DNA of 64,000 nt, taken from assembly GCA_040386515.1 (NCBI GenBank), contig JAZKFG010000005.1:9313-73312 (forward strand). Reading direction: 5' to 3'. Each line of letters starts with the position of its first letter. The first letter of the stretch is position 1. Position numbers and translations under genes: made by a program. The notes under the pieces were generated by a model. The model worked only from the letters and a program-made list of their open reading frames with translations. It was not told the origin of the DNA and made no database searches. Origin of the DNA: Patescibacteria group bacterium. Lineage in GTDB: Bacteria > Patescibacteriota > Minisyncoccia > Phycocordibacterales > CAIZLB01. Shown one piece after another: positions 39,536-49,595 of the stretch.

Positions 39536-40345
39536 TTATTTTTCTTCTGTTAATATTTCACATCCGTTTTTGGTAACCACAATAGTATGTTCTACATGTA
39601 CACTCAATCCTTTATCCTGAGTCGCATATGTATATCCATCTTTAAGCAGTTTCATTCGAGGGCTTTTTTCAGTTAGAATAGGCTCAATAGCTAAAACCAT
39701 TCCTTCTCGAAGTATTGGGCCGCTTCCTTTTTTACCGAAGTTAGGCATAAACGGATCTTCATGCACACCATGTCCAATACCATGTCCACCAAGCTCATAT
39801 GGAAGTGAAAACTTATGTGTTTTATCATGCGATGCCAATACAGTCTTTTCTATAGCATGACCCACTGTACCAGTTCGCACTCCTGGCTTTACTGTGGCCA
39901 GAGCGGCCGCTAGAGCCTCTGTAGCCACTTGTATCATGCGAGAACCAACTGTATTGTAACTATCCCCACCCACAACAATTGTGACAGCACTGTCGGTAAA
40001 TAGCCCCTTATAGATCAATCCCATATCCAGGACGACAACGTCTCCGCTCTTTAATGTTTTAGGATTTTCATTTGGTATTCCGTGGACGATTTCTTCATTT
40101 ACAGAAATACAAATAGCTCCTGGAAATGGCCGAGTAGCACCTCCTGGCGTATAGTTTAAAAATGCAGGAACAGCTCCAACTTCTTCACAAAGTTTTCGAG
40201 CTTCTTTATCAAGTTCCAATGTTGTTACGCCAGCTACAGTTTTTGCTTTCAGCGTATTTAAAATTTGCGCCAAAAAACGCCCACCTTCTCGAAGTAGGTT
40301 GATTTCATTTTCCGTATAAATTGTAATTGGTGAATATGAAGACAT
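39536..40345 (-). CDS. map: Methionine aminopeptidase, type I
   Basis: 269 aa with the metal-binding residues of the pita-bread fold. It sits at the canonical position after adk and secY. Confidence 0.9.
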   Translation of the reverse strand: MSSYSPITIYTENEINLLREGGRFLAQILNTLKAKTVAGVTTLELDKEARKLCEEVGAVPAFLNYTPGGATRPFPGAICISVNEEIVHGIPNENPKTLKSGDVVVLDMGLIYKGLFTDSAVTIVVGGDSYNTVGSRMIQVATEALAAALATVKPGVRTGTVGHAIEKTVLASHDKTHKFSLPYELGGHGIGHGVHEDPFMPNFGKKGSGPILREGMVLAIEPILTEKSPRMKLLKDGYTYATQDKGLSVHVEHTIVVTKNGCEILTEEK

Positions 40346-40351
40346 GATATA

Positions 40352-40969
40352 TTAAGCAGGCAAATGAGATCGAATGAGTGCTTGCACTTCTTCAATACTG
40401 CCTTCGCCTGGAATTTGAACGAAATCAAATCGCGGATTTGCTTTAAAGTATTCAACAGCCTGCATCACTTCAGTTTCAAACCAGTGTGATCGAAGCTCAA
40501 GTTGTTCTTTTGTCTGATCATCAACTCGCCCACGCTCATGCATACGAGCAACAGACCAGTCATGACTCACATCTAAGAATACGATTTTTGGTTTTACAAA
40601 AAGTGTTTCGTCGAATCTATTGTAAAATGACAAAGCATCTTCAATAATTTTTGCTTCTGTAAGAGATCGAGGAGCACCGTCGAACATAATATGCTCTTCG
40701 GCTGTATAGTCTTTACACAAGATATATCCCCACATGCTTATGGCAAGAAATTCAGGTTCTCGTCTTCCCTCAAGATATGCTTGCTTTGCAAGATTTCCAG
40801 AAACTGTTTTTTCTTCGATAAATGAACGAAAATACACACCTGTTTCTATGTGAATCATTTGCGCATTTGCATCTTGCTGCTTAAAGTATTCTTCTAAAAG
40901 CTTTATCTGAGTACCCTTTCCTGAACCAGAGCGACCAATGCATATTATAGTTTGAGGTAACATATGCAT
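40352..40969 (-). CDS. adk: Adenylate kinase-like protein
   Basis: P-loop GRSGSGKGTQ (compare GPPGAGKGTQ) and FDGAPRSLTEA (compare LDGFPRT). Canonical position between secY and map. Confidence 0.75.
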   Translation of the reverse strand: MHMLPQTIICIGRSGSGKGTQIKLLEEYFKQQDANAQMIHIETGVYFRSFIEEKTVSGNLAKQAYLEGRREPEFLAISMWGYILCKDYTAEEHIMFDGAPRSLTEAKIIEDALSFYNRFDETLFVKPKIVFLDVSHDWSVARMHERGRVDDQTKEQLELRSHWFETEVMQAVEYFKANPRFDFVQIPGEGSIEEVQALIRSHLPA

Positions 40970-40989
40970 TAAGTATACAATATTATTTC

Positions 40990-42264
40990 TTAATACTCTC
41001 GCATTCCGATCTGAGCATCTGTCTTTTTGATGATATCAATGATAGTTGAAACCACGATAAGCACTCCAGTTCCTCCGATTGTAATAGACGCAATTCCAGT
41101 GAATGACTGTACAATACTTGGCAGAATTGCAATCAATCCTAGGAATAGGGCTCCAACAAGAGTTGTTCGAGTTACGATCTTTGACAAATAATCAATTGTT
41201 GCATCTCCTGGTCGAATACCTGGAACAAATGCTCCGCCTCGCTGTAGGTTTTCTGATATTTTCTTTGGATCAAATGTGATCGCTGTGTAGAAGTACGTAA
41301 AGAAGAATACAAGAAGGAAATACAATATTCCGTGTACAAGTGCATTTTGCAACCAGTATGACAAGAATGTTCCAGCATTTGCCAAGAAAGGCACACTTGA
41401 AGTCTTGATAAAGTTTGCGATAAATGATGGGAACATCAAAAGTGTAAGCGCAAAGATAATTGGCATTACTCCAGCTTGGTTTAGACGAATTGGAATATAT
41501 GTCTGAGTACTTCCTGCTCCCTGACTTGCAGATGAACGAGCCTGACGAGCATATGTAACTGCAACAAGTCTTTCTGCCTCAGTGATGTAAATAATTGCTG
41601 CGATAGCAAGAATTACAAGTACAACCATTGCAATAAGCGTTGGAGCTTGTGATGGGTCATATGTTGCAATTACTCGAGACAATGCTTGTGGAAATCCTGA
41701 GATAATACCTGTTGCAATAATAAGAGATATACCATTTCCAATACCAAATTCTGTAAGTCGTTCACCAATCCACATAAGGAGTACTGATGAGGCAACTACA
41801 ATGATACCGATTTGAATAAATCCAAATGCTGACAATGCACCAAATACATCTGGAGATTGCTTGCTGATAATTGCTACAAGACTAAATGTCTGAATAAGCG
41901 CAAGCGGCACAGTAAGCATTCGACTATATTGTGAAAGCTTCTGTCGTCCAGCAGCTCCTTCTTCTTGCTGTAATTCCTTCATTCGAGGGAATATCATAGT
42001 CATCAACTGAACAATGATAGACGCAGTGATGTATGGTCCAGCTCCAAGCATAAGAATTGATAGACTTGAAAGTCCACCTCCTGAGAATAGGTTAAGAACC
42101 TGGAAGAAACTATTGTCTCCAAGAAATCGTTCAAGTGCCAGAGTGTTAACTCCAGGAACTGGAATAGCTGATAACGCACGAAAAACTATAAGCATGCCGA
42201 GTATGAAGAATACTCGATTACGTATAGTTTTTTCGGCGAAAATTGTTTTTAGTTTAGTTAGCAT
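40990..42264 (-). CDS. secY: Preprotein translocase subunit SecY
   Basis: 424 aa with 10 TM helices. Canonical position after L15. Confidence 0.95.
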   Translation of the reverse strand: MLTKLKTIFAEKTIRNRVFFILGMLIVFRALSAIPVPGVNTLALERFLGDNSFFQVLNLFSGGGLSSLSILMLGAGPYITASIIVQLMTMIFPRMKELQQEEGAAGRQKLSQYSRMLTVPLALIQTFSLVAIISKQSPDVFGALSAFGFIQIGIIVVASSVLLMWIGERLTEFGIGNGISLIIATGIISGFPQALSRVIATYDPSQAPTLIAMVVLVILAIAAIIYITEAERLVAVTYARQARSSASQGAGSTQTYIPIRLNQAGVMPIIFALTLLMFPSFIANFIKTSSVPFLANAGTFLSYWLQNALVHGILYFLLVFFFTYFYTAITFDPKKISENLQRGGAFVPGIRPGDATIDYLSKIVTRTTLVGALFLGLIAILPSIVQSFTGIASITIGGTGVLIVVSTIIDIIKKTDAQIGMREY

Positions 42265-42697
42265 ATACTTTTCCTCCTGCTTTTTCTATCTTTTCGATAG
42301 CAGATGCAGAAACTGCAACTTTTTTAAATGTTAAGGCCTGAGTAATTTCTCCTGTACCTAGTACTTTAATACTTGGAACTTTTCCTTTTACAAGCTCAAC
42401 TAGTTTAAGGTCAACAAACTTTTTAGGTGTAAGAACTGTGTTAGCCTCTACCTGCGATAAATCTTTAAGATTTACAATGATAGGCTTAATCTCGAAAGAT
42501 TTGTTCATGTTCTTTCCTCGTCCTCGTAGTTTAGGAATTTTCTTAATAACTTCTCGGATCTCTGGACGCATTTTTCGTCCGGCACGTGATGCCTGACCTT
42601 TTTGTCCACGACCTGAAGTCTTTCCTCTTTTACTTCCTCGTCCTACCTGCTGTTTTGTTTTTCTTTGTGTATTTCTTTTAAGTGTATGTAATTGCAT
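42254..42697 (-). CDS. rplO: 50S ribosomal protein L15
   Basis: N-terminal Gly/Arg/Lys-rich region (GRGSKRGKTSGRGQKGQ) and operon position. Confidence 0.9.
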   Translation of the reverse strand: MQLHTLKRNTQRKTKQQVGRGSKRGKTSGRGQKGQASRAGRKMRPEIREVIKKIPKLRGRGKNMNKSFEIKPIIVNLKDLSQVEANTVLTPKKFVDLKLVELVKGKVPSIKVLGTGEITQALTFKKVAVSASAIEKIEKAGGKVYAN

Positions 42698-42701
42698 ATG
42701 T

Positions 42702-43346
42702 TTACTTTAAATGTTTAACTTTTTTACTTGTAGACAGCATTGACAGAGCAAGGATAGCAGCCTGAGCATTGTTCATTCGGTTTTTTGTACCTGAACGTAG
42801 CTTTCCGATAACATCCTTAATTCCTGCAATCTCGATTACATCACGAACTGATGAACCTGCTACGATTCCCTTTCCTGGTGCTGGTCGGATTTCAACTCGT
42901 GCAGATGAGAATTTTGCAGCAACTTCGTGTGGAATCATTCCATCTTTGTTTAGAGGAATTCGGATAAGATTTTTCTTTGCTTTTCGGTATGCCTTATCAA
43001 CTGCAGCTGCAGTATCAAGTCCTTTACCTGTTCCAAATCCTACTCGTCCTTTTTTGTCTCCAGCAATAACTGCTACAGCAAAACTAAACTTTCGTCCTCC
43101 TGAAGTAACTCGAGTTACTCGTCGAATATCAACGATTTTCTGATCAAATTCTGGCTTTGGTTTAGGCTCTCGCTTTGGACCTCCTCTTCTGTCTCCTCGA
43201 TCTGGTCGTGGATTCTTTCGGAAAGTTCTCTGGTCAGAAGGTGCTGATGCTTCAGTAGACGCAGGTGCAGCAGAAGCAGTCTCAGTAGGAGTAGTAACCT
43301 CTGTTGTTTCTTCGTTTGTTTGTGTTGGCTCTATTATATCTGTCAT
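42702..43346 (-). CDS. rpsE: 30S ribosomal protein S5 (with an N-terminal Thr/Ala/Glu-rich extension)
   Basis: S5 dsRBD plus C-terminal domain (VVAVIAGDKKGRVGFGTGK...). It lies between L18 and L15 with no L30 gene between. Confidence 0.9.
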   Translation of the reverse strand: MTDIIEPTQTNEETTEVTTPTETASAAPASTEASAPSDQRTFRKNPRPDRGDRRGGPKREPKPKPEFDQKIVDIRRVTRVTSGGRKFSFAVAVIAGDKKGRVGFGTGKGLDTAAAVDKAYRKAKKNLIRIPLNKDGMIPHEVAAKFSSARVEIRPAPGKGIVAGSSVRDVIEIAGIKDVIGKLRSGTKNRMNNAQAAILALSMLSTSKKVKHLK

Positions 43347-43380
43347 ATGTGTTTATTATCTATGTATACTATGTATGTGA

Positions 43381-43722
43381 TTAAAATTCTAGTCCCGCTT
43401 CTCGAGCAGCGTCGGCTAATGCAAGCACTCTTCCTGTAAAGATGTACCCGTTTCGATCAAATACAACCTTAGTTATATTCTTAGCTTTTGCAGCTTTTGC
43501 TAATTCCTGTCCAACTTTTGTAGCTGAATTCATCTTTGTATCTTTCATTGCAGATGAATTAGCCTGTGCAAGAGTTGTTCCTGTCATATCGTCAATAAGC
43601 TGTGCATAGATAGCCTTGTTAGACTTGAATACAGTTAGTCGTGGTCGTTCTGCAGTTCCACTAACTTTTGAACGTATTCTATTTTTGATTCTGTCTCTAC
43701 TTGAGAGGTATATTTTTTTCAT
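43381..43722 (-). CDS. rplR: 50S ribosomal protein L18
   Basis: Operon position and a conserved C-terminus ([22 protein letters not shown]). Confidence 0.9.
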   Translation of the reverse strand: MKKIYLSSRDRIKNRIRSKVSGTAERPRLTVFKSNKAIYAQLIDDMTGTTLAQANSSAMKDTKMNSATKVGQELAKAAKAKNITKVVFDRNGYIFTGRVLALADAAREAGLEF

Positions 43723-43745
43723 ATATGTGATTTATTTAAATTAAA

Positions 43746-44279
43746 CTATGCAGCTTTTTTACCTTGTTTTCGTAATATAACTTCACCTTCATATCTAAAT
43801 CCTTTTCCTTTATACGGTTCAGGTTTCTTTAGAGAACGAATTTTAGCAGCAAAGCCTCCAACTGATTCTTTGTCGATACTTGTAAATGTAAAGACACCCT
43901 TTTCAGAAGTTACTGTTACATCACTTGGAATTTCAACTTTTGTTGGATGTGAAAATCCAAGAGCAAGGTTTAGGATATTTCCCTGAACATCACCTTTGTA
44001 TCCAACTCCTTCTAGAATTAGTTTTTTCACAAATGGAGTATTAACACCTTCAATCATGTTTTTAACATGTGATGCGTATGTTCCCCAAAGTGATCTACCA
44101 AAAGAAGTATTTTGCTTGTGAACAAAAGAAACTTTATCCCCTTCAATCACAATATCAACTATTGGTAATATCTTTTTTGAAATTTCACCTTTTGGACCTT
44201 TTACAGTCACCATTCCATCTGCAACAGTAACTGTTGTTCCATTAGGTATTTGTAGTATTTGTTTTCCGATTCTTGACAT
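43746..44279 (-). CDS. rplF: 50S ribosomal protein L6
   Basis: MSRIGKQILQIP... duplicated-domain L6. Confidence 0.9.
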   Translation of the reverse strand: MSRIGKQILQIPNGTTVTVADGMVTVKGPKGEISKKILPIVDIVIEGDKVSFVHKQNTSFGRSLWGTYASHVKNMIEGVNTPFVKKLILEGVGYKGDVQGNILNLALGFSHPTKVEIPSDVTVTSEKGVFTFTSIDKESVGGFAAKIRSLKKPEPYKGKGFRYEGEVILRKQGKKAA

Positions 44280-44387
44280 ATGTTTTTAGTATTATTTCGT
44301 ACTTTTGCAGTATATAACTTATAAAGTAGAAGATCTTTAGCTTATGCAAGGCGCTCCTGTGCCTCAATCCCTTGCGGGATTGTTTTG

Positions 44388-44780
44388 TTACCAGATCTTG
44401 AAGAGAAACTCTCCTCCAACTTTCTGACTTCGAACTTCTGAATCAGATAGTACTCCTTTTGGTGTACTTACCAGTAATGCTCCGTATCCATTTTTTACCT
44501 GGTGAGCATCAAGGTATGATCCATACATTCGTCGTGAGAATTTTGAAAGCTGGTGTACACCTGTGATCCGAGGCTTTCCATCTGCTTCGTATAGCATTCC
44601 AACTTCGATGTATTGAATTGGTGCAGTTCCTGTAACTTTCACTTTTCCAACGAACCCAAGTGCTGAAAGCTTCTCAAGTACAGCCTGTCTAAATTTTGAA
44701 AAACCAAATGTAACCACCTCTTTTCCTGCAAGGTTACCTGTTTTCAAGTTATTTATTATTTGTGATATTCCGTGATTCAT
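44388..44780 (-). CDS. rpsH: 30S ribosomal protein S8
   Basis: Conserved C-terminus SDSEVRSQKVGGEFLFKIW. Confidence 0.9.
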   Translation of the reverse strand: MNHGISQIINNLKTGNLAGKEVVTFGFSKFRQAVLEKLSALGFVGKVKVTGTAPIQYIEVGMLYEADGKPRITGVHQLSKFSRRMYGSYLDAHQVKNGYGALLVSTPKGVLSDSEVRSQKVGGEFLFKIW

Positions 44781-44822
44781 ATATTTATATTTACTTTATC
44801 TTAATAGTGAAGTTATTGACTG

Positions 44823-45008
44823 TTACCATGATGATTTTTTAATACCTGGGATCATTCCTTCGTTTGCAAGCTCTCTAAAGCAAATTCGGCAAAGATCGAA
44901 GTCTCTCATGTATCCTCGCTTTCGTCCACATTTAAAACATCGACGAACTACTCGACTTTTAAACTTTGGTGTTTTTTTTGCTCTTTCAATTACTGATTTT
45001 TTTGCCAT
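44823..45008 (-). CDS. rpsZ: 30S ribosomal protein S14 type Z (zinc-binding)
   Basis: 61 aa with the CxxC...CxxC motif ([20 protein letters not shown]). Confidence 0.9.
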   Translation of the reverse strand: MAKKSVIERAKKTPKFKSRVVRRCFKCGRKRGYMRDFDLCRICFRELANEGMIPGIKKSSW

Positions 45009-45025
45009 GATATTTTCTTATATTA

Positions 45026-45583
45026 TTATTTCTTTTTTTCGTCTGCTTTTTTAAATAGGAATCCAAGAGTATCCAAAAATGCTTTTGTCTCCGGAGCTGC
45101 CTTACTTGTCGTAACAACAGTTACCCCTAGACTAAACACGTCTGCAATATTCTCATCTGATGTTTCAGGGAATACAGTATGTTCTTTAATACCGAATGAA
45201 AAGTTACCCATTGGGTCAACTCCAGTTGCAGCAATACCTCGGAAGTCTTTTGTTCGTGGAAGACCAATATTTACAACTTTCTCAAGGAAAGACCACATCT
45301 TTTCTCCTCGCAATGTTACTTTGTATCCTGATGGATCTCCAGCTCGTAGTTTAAATGTTGCAATTGACTGCTTAGCTGTTGTCGTAACAGGCTTCTGTCC
45401 TGTGATTTTTGTTACTCGATCAAGCATAAGCTCTTTCTTCTTTGCATCTTTGATAGATCCAATAGTTGTACTTACAATAACCTTCTCAATTCGAGGAGCT
45501 TGTAATTTGTTAGTATATTTGAAATCCTTTTTAAGGTGATCAAATGCTTTTTTTGCTTTTTCTTTTACAGTTGTGTGTGACAT
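45026..45583 (-). CDS. rplE: 50S ribosomal protein L5
   Basis: 185 aa at the conserved position between L24 and S14. Confidence 0.9.
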   Translation of the reverse strand: MSHTTVKEKAKKAFDHLKKDFKYTNKLQAPRIEKVIVSTTIGSIKDAKKKELMLDRVTKITGQKPVTTTAKQSIATFKLRAGDPSGYKVTLRGEKMWSFLEKVVNIGLPRTKDFRGIAATGVDPMGNFSFGIKEHTVFPETSDENIADVFSLGVTVVTTSKAAPETKAFLDTLGFLFKKADEKKK

Positions 45584-45606
45584 ATATGTATTATTATTTT
45601 ACAGGA

Positions 45607-45822
45607 TTATTTCACGAGTGAAACGTTTGATATATGAATAGGATGCGAAACTTCTACAAGCTGTCCTTTCTGTCCTTCTTTTGTTCCTTTCTTATGCACT
45701 TTTTTCATATTAATACCCTCAACAAGAACTTTTCCTTCTTTTGCAAGAACAGTCAAAACAGTAGCTGTCTTGCCTTTGTCGTCTCCTGCGAGTATTTTTA
45801 CTGTGTTTCCTTTTTTTATCAT
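45607..45822 (-). CDS. rplX: 50S ribosomal protein L24 (short, KOW domain only)
   Basis: MIKKGNTVKILAGDDKGKTATV is a KOW motif. Confidence 0.85.
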   Translation of the reverse strand: MIKKGNTVKILAGDDKGKTATVLTVLAKEGKVLVEGINMKKVHKKGTKEGQKGQLVEVSHPIHISNVSLVK

Positions 45823-45861
45823 ACGTTTATTATTATGTTATTTAAATTATTTACACGTGCG

Positions 45862-46233
45862 CTATACAATTTCGGGTGCTTTTGAAGCAATAGTCTGATA
45901 TCCTCGTTCTGCAATCTCTCGTGGGATTGGACCGAAAATTCGTCCTGCAATTGGCTCACCTTTTGTCTTGTCGATAAGAACTACTGCATTTTCGTCAAAA
46001 CGAACATATGATCCGTCTTTTCGTCGAATTGCTTTTCGTGTTCGAACAACAACTGCTTTGTGCACGTCTTTTCTTTTTGTTCCCTTTCGAGGTTCTGCTT
46101 TCTGAACAGCAAGGATAACAGTGTCGCCGATATGTGCATATCGTCTCTTTGATGATCCAAGTACTTTAAATACTCGACCGATCTTTGCGCCTGAGTTATC
46201 TGCTATTGCTACTATTGTTTGTGGTTGTATCAT
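45862..46233 (-). CDS. rplN: 50S ribosomal protein L14
   Basis: MIQPQTIVAIADNSGAK at the N-terminus. Confidence 0.95.
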   Translation of the reverse strand: MIQPQTIVAIADNSGAKIGRVFKVLGSSKRRYAHIGDTVILAVQKAEPRKGTKRKDVHKAVVVRTRKAIRRKDGSYVRFDENAVVLIDKTKGEPIAGRIFGPIPREIAERGYQTIASKAPEIV

Positions 46234-46237
46234 ATAT

Positions 46238-46483
46238 TTATTTTACTAGAGTAAATCTTTTATCTTTTGATATTGGAGCTGTCTCTATGATTTTAACCAT
46301 ATCTCCAATTTTTTTAGTATTTCCAGCATCGTGTGCCTTATACTTTTTTGAGATAGTTACGAATTTCTGATATTTTGACATCTTTACATATCGGTCAACT
46401 TTAACCACGATAGTATCTGTCATCTTGTCAGATGTTACTACTCCTTCCAGTATTTTTTTATTTGTTGTTACTTCTTTTTTCAT
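46238..46483 (-). CDS. rpsQ: 30S ribosomal protein S17
   Basis: OB-fold motifs (LEGVVTSDKMTDTIVVKV). It lies directly after L16, with no L29 gene between. Confidence 0.9.
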   Translation of the reverse strand: MKKEVTTNKKILEGVVTSDKMTDTIVVKVDRYVKMSKYQKFVTISKKYKAHDAGNTKKIGDMVKIIETAPISKDKRFTLVK

Positions 46484-46500
46484 ATGTTTATATAAATATA

Positions 46501-46923
46501 TTATCGTGATACCATTTTTGTCTTAACAGGAAGCTTTGAGTTAGCTTTTCTGAATGCTTCTTTTGCAATCTCTGGAGTTACTCCATCAACTTCAAATAAC
46601 ATACGTCCTGCATATGTCTCAAAACAGAATCCATCTGGCTCTCCTTTTCCTGATCCCATCGGTACTTCAGCAGCTTTTTTTGTAAATGGTCTGTCAGGGA
46701 AAATTCGTGTCCAAATTCGTCCAGTTTTACCTAGAGTTTTTGCAATAACTTTTCGAGCAGATTCGATCTGGTTTGAAGTTATACGTGACTGAGTAACAGC
46801 CATAAGACCGTGAGCTCCGTTTGCTAGTGTAAGGCCACGTGTTTCCACTTTAGAACTCAACACTTTAGGATTGCGTCGAGTAACTTGCCATTTTCGATGT
46901 TTTACTTTTTTTGGGAATAACAT
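46501..46923 (-). CDS. rplP: 50S ribosomal protein L16
   Basis: MLFPKKVKHRKWQ N-terminus. Confidence 0.95.
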   Translation of the reverse strand: MLFPKKVKHRKWQVTRRNPKVLSSKVETRGLTLANGAHGLMAVTQSRITSNQIESARKVIAKTLGKTGRIWTRIFPDRPFTKKAAEVPMGSGKGEPDGFCFETYAGRMLFEVDGVTPEIAKEAFRKANSKLPVKTKMVSR

Positions 46924-46944
46924 AGTAGTATATTATTTATTTAA

Positions 46945-47610
46945 TTATCGAGTTAATCCTTTCTCAAAGATATCTCCTTTATAAATCCACACCTTGATAC
47001 CAATATCTCCGTACAACATGTGTGCTTTGTTTCGAGCAAAGTCGATATCAGCTCGAAGAGTCTGTAGAGGCACTCGTCCTCGTTTGATTTCTTCACTTCG
47101 TGCCATATCTGCTCCACCTAGACGTCCACCAAGGTAGATTCGAACTCCCTTGATATCTTTAACGGCCATAACTTTTTCAACCATTTGTTTTAGGACTCGT
47201 CGGTATGGAAGTCGCTTCTCAATACCTTCAGCAATCATTTGACTTACAATTGCAGAGTTTGCTTCTGCATTTTTAATTTCAACAACTTCAACCTGTAGAT
47301 TTGGTTTTACCTCACCTGACTTGATAAGAATTTTCTCAAGTGCTGCTTTGATTTTAATAACACCCTCACCACTTTTACCAATCACAATACCTGGTCGTGA
47401 TGTGTTAATAATAACTTTAATCACTTTTGTATTTCGCTCGATTTCTACAAGTCCAATAAATTGACCCTTAAGATTTTTCTCAAGCCATTCTCGCATTACG
47501 ATATCTCCTCGAAAATGCTTTCGGAAATCAGCGTTAAGAGAAAACCATCGAGATTTCCAGTCTTTTGTGATACCAAGTCTATGTGCGTACGGATGAACAA
47601 TTTTTGTCAT
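46945..47610 (-). CDS. rpsC: 30S ribosomal protein S3
   Basis: KH domain plus S3-C domain. The start is set at the internal Met (MTKIVHPYAHRLGITKDWKSRWF), which matches the canonical S3 N-terminus and avoids overlap with rplV. Confidence 0.9.
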   Translation of the reverse strand: MTKIVHPYAHRLGITKDWKSRWFSLNADFRKHFRGDIVMREWLEKNLKGQFIGLVEIERNTKVIKVIINTSRPGIVIGKSGEGVIKIKAALEKILIKSGEVKPNLQVEVVEIKNAEANSAIVSQMIAEGIEKRLPYRRVLKQMVEKVMAVKDIKGVRIYLGGRLGGADMARSEEIKRGRVPLQTLRADIDFARNKAHMLYGDIGIKVWIYKGDIFEKGLTR

Positions 47611-47632
47611 ATGATTGAATAGTGTGTTTAAA

Positions 47633-47998
47633 TTATTTTGTTTTCTTGTTAGCTTTAACTTTTGCCTTTGGATGATCACCTACTGCAAGAGTAACAACAA
47701 TATGAGAAGTTCTCTTATTGATTCGAGCACCTACACCTCGAGCTCGTGGCATCATTCTTTTAAGAACAAACCCTTCGTCAACAGTGATGTTTTTGATTCG
47801 TAGTGTTCCTACTTCATTTCCAGCATGCACTGCGTTTGCAATAGCACTCTCAAGAAGCTTTTTGATAACTGGAACAACTCGCTTTGGTGTAAAGTTTAGT
47901 GTGTTAAGAGCAGCGTCAACTTTCTTACCTTTAACAAGGTCAGTTACAAGTCTAACTTTTCTAGGTGATTGTCGATAATTTTTAAGTATTGCTTTCAT
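47633..47998 (-). CDS. rplV: 50S ribosomal protein L22
   Basis: MKAILKNYRQSPRKVR N-terminus. Confidence 0.9.
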   Translation of the reverse strand: MKAILKNYRQSPRKVRLVTDLVKGKKVDAALNTLNFTPKRVVPVIKKLLESAIANAVHAGNEVGTLRIKNITVDEGFVLKRMMPRARGVGARINKRTSHIVVTLAVGDHPKAKVKANKKTK

Positions 47999-48027
47999 AA
48001 ATTTGAGATGTATTGATTAACGGACGA

Positions 48028-48375
48028 CTATTTTTTCTTTGCGGCTGCAGGAGCTGCCTTTGCTGACTTAGCAGCTGTAATTTCAGCTTGCTTCTTAGCA
48101 GCATCTTGCTCTTTCTGCATCTTTCCTCCATGACGAGTAAATTTACGAGTTAGAGAGAATTCACCAAGTCTATGACCTACCATATCTTCAGTTACAAGAA
48201 CTTCAACATGAACACGTCCATTGTGTACTCCGAAAGTAAATCCAATCATTTCAGGTGAAATAGTACTGCTTCGGTACCATGTTTTGATAACGCCAGCTTG
48301 TGCAGGAGTCTTACCCTCTATTTTCTTTAGAAGTCTTTCTGCGATATATGGGCCTTTTGATAGTGATCTTGTCAT
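48028..48375 (-). CDS. rpsS: 30S ribosomal protein S19 (with a C-terminal Ala/Lys-rich extension)
   Basis: GPYIAERLLKKIEG...TWYRSSTISPEMIG...HNGRVHV is conserved S19 sequence. Confidence 0.9.
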   Translation of the reverse strand: MTRSLSKGPYIAERLLKKIEGKTPAQAGVIKTWYRSSTISPEMIGFTFGVHNGRVHVEVLVTEDMVGHRLGEFSLTRKFTRHGGKMQKEQDAAKKQAEITAAKSAKAAPAAAKKK

Positions 48376-48430
48376 ATTATTTGTCTTTTGTGTCTATTGA
48401 TATTAGCAATTTATTGTGATTTAGTCAATG

Positions 48431-49264
48431 TTATTTCTTTTTTCGTCTTGAAACGATAAGGCGATTTGAGTATTTCTTAGGAGTTCGAGATTTCTGTCCT
48501 TTTCCAGTTGGTTTACCGTAAATTGAGATAGCTCGTCTTCGTCCTCGTCCTTGTCGTCCTTCACCTCCTCCGTGTGGGTGATCTACTGGGTTCATGGCTG
48601 TACCTCGAACTGTCGGTCGAATACCTTTCCATCGACTCTTTCCGGCTTTACCGAAGTTCTGAAGATGACTTTCTTCATTTGAAACTTCTCCGATAGATGC
48701 GCAGGCAGTATCGATAATCTTTCGAACCTCAGATGAAGGCATTTTTACTAGTGCGTATCCAGCATCATGGGCTACGATTTGAGCATAGTTACCAGCTGAT
48801 CGAACAAGCTTTCCACCTCCTTGTGGCTTTAGTTCAATATTATAAATGTTTGTTCCTACAGGAATGTTTTTCAAAACCATTCGACATGCAAGCTTAACCT
48901 CTGTTTTCTCTCCTACAACAAATGTATCACCAACTTTGATACTTTTTGGAGCAATAATGTATCGCTTCTCACCATCTTCATACTGTACCAGAGAAATAAA
49001 GGCAGTTCGGTTTGGATCGTATTCAATTGAAACAATTTTTGCAGGAATATTCTTTTTATCGTATTTAAAGTCAATTTCTCGATAACTTCTTTTGTTACCT
49101 CCTCCTTTGTGACGAGTTGTGATTCTACCTGTGTTGTTTCTTCCAACAGATCGCATTCGACCGTATGTAAGAGCCTTGTGAGGTGTACTTGTAGTCAAGA
49201 TGTCACCATACTCGATGGTAACCATATTTCTTCTTGACGCTGATCGTGGACTATATCTTTTCAT
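48431..49264 (-). CDS. rplB: 50S ribosomal protein L2
   Basis: 277 aa with GRNNTGRITTRHKGGG and the C-terminal HPHGGGEGR. Confidence 0.95.
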   Translation of the reverse strand: MKRYSPRSASRRNMVTIEYGDILTTSTPHKALTYGRMRSVGRNNTGRITTRHKGGGNKRSYREIDFKYDKKNIPAKIVSIEYDPNRTAFISLVQYEDGEKRYIIAPKSIKVGDTFVVGEKTEVKLACRMVLKNIPVGTNIYNIELKPQGGGKLVRSAGNYAQIVAHDAGYALVKMPSSEVRKIIDTACASIGEVSNEESHLQNFGKAGKSRWKGIRPTVRGTAMNPVDHPHGGGEGRQGRGRRRAISIYGKPTGKGQKSRTPKKYSNRLIVSRRKKK

Positions 49265-49300
49265 ATGTTTTATATATTGTGTGTAAAATTATAAGCTGTA

Positions 49301-49576
49301 TTATGCAATGTCTATCTTGTCACCTTTTTTAAGTGTAAGAATTGCTTTTTTAAATCCTGAAACTCGACCTGGTCTACCTCGTCGAAGTACATTTCGAGGC
49401 TGAGTGTTCACAATGTTAATCTTAATAGGACTAACTTTGTAAGTCAGTTTTACCTCCTGTCGTAGGTTATCCTTATTAGCATTTTGTGACACAAGAAAGA
49501 TGTACTTATTTTTATCAGTACTTATCATTGCCTTCTCAGTTACTCTTGGTTTTATTATGTAGGTTTCTTTTTTCAT
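49301..49576 (-). CDS. rplW: 50S ribosomal protein L23
   Basis: 91 aa at the operon position between L4 and L2. Confidence 0.85.
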   Translation of the reverse strand: MKKETYIIKPRVTEKAMISTDKNKYIFLVSQNANKDNLRQEVKLTYKVSPIKINIVNTQPRNVLRRGRPGRVSGFKKAILTLKKGDKIDIA

Positions 49577-49595
49577 ATATGTACTATTACGCTGC

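Noticed and set aside
44280-44387. 108-nt spacer between rpsH and rplF as a separate ncRNA gene
   Set aside because: It contains only one short hairpin with no flanking promoter or terminator context on the transcribed strand. It is more likely an intra-operon regulatory or processing structure, and is mentioned under the ribosomal-operon finding instead.
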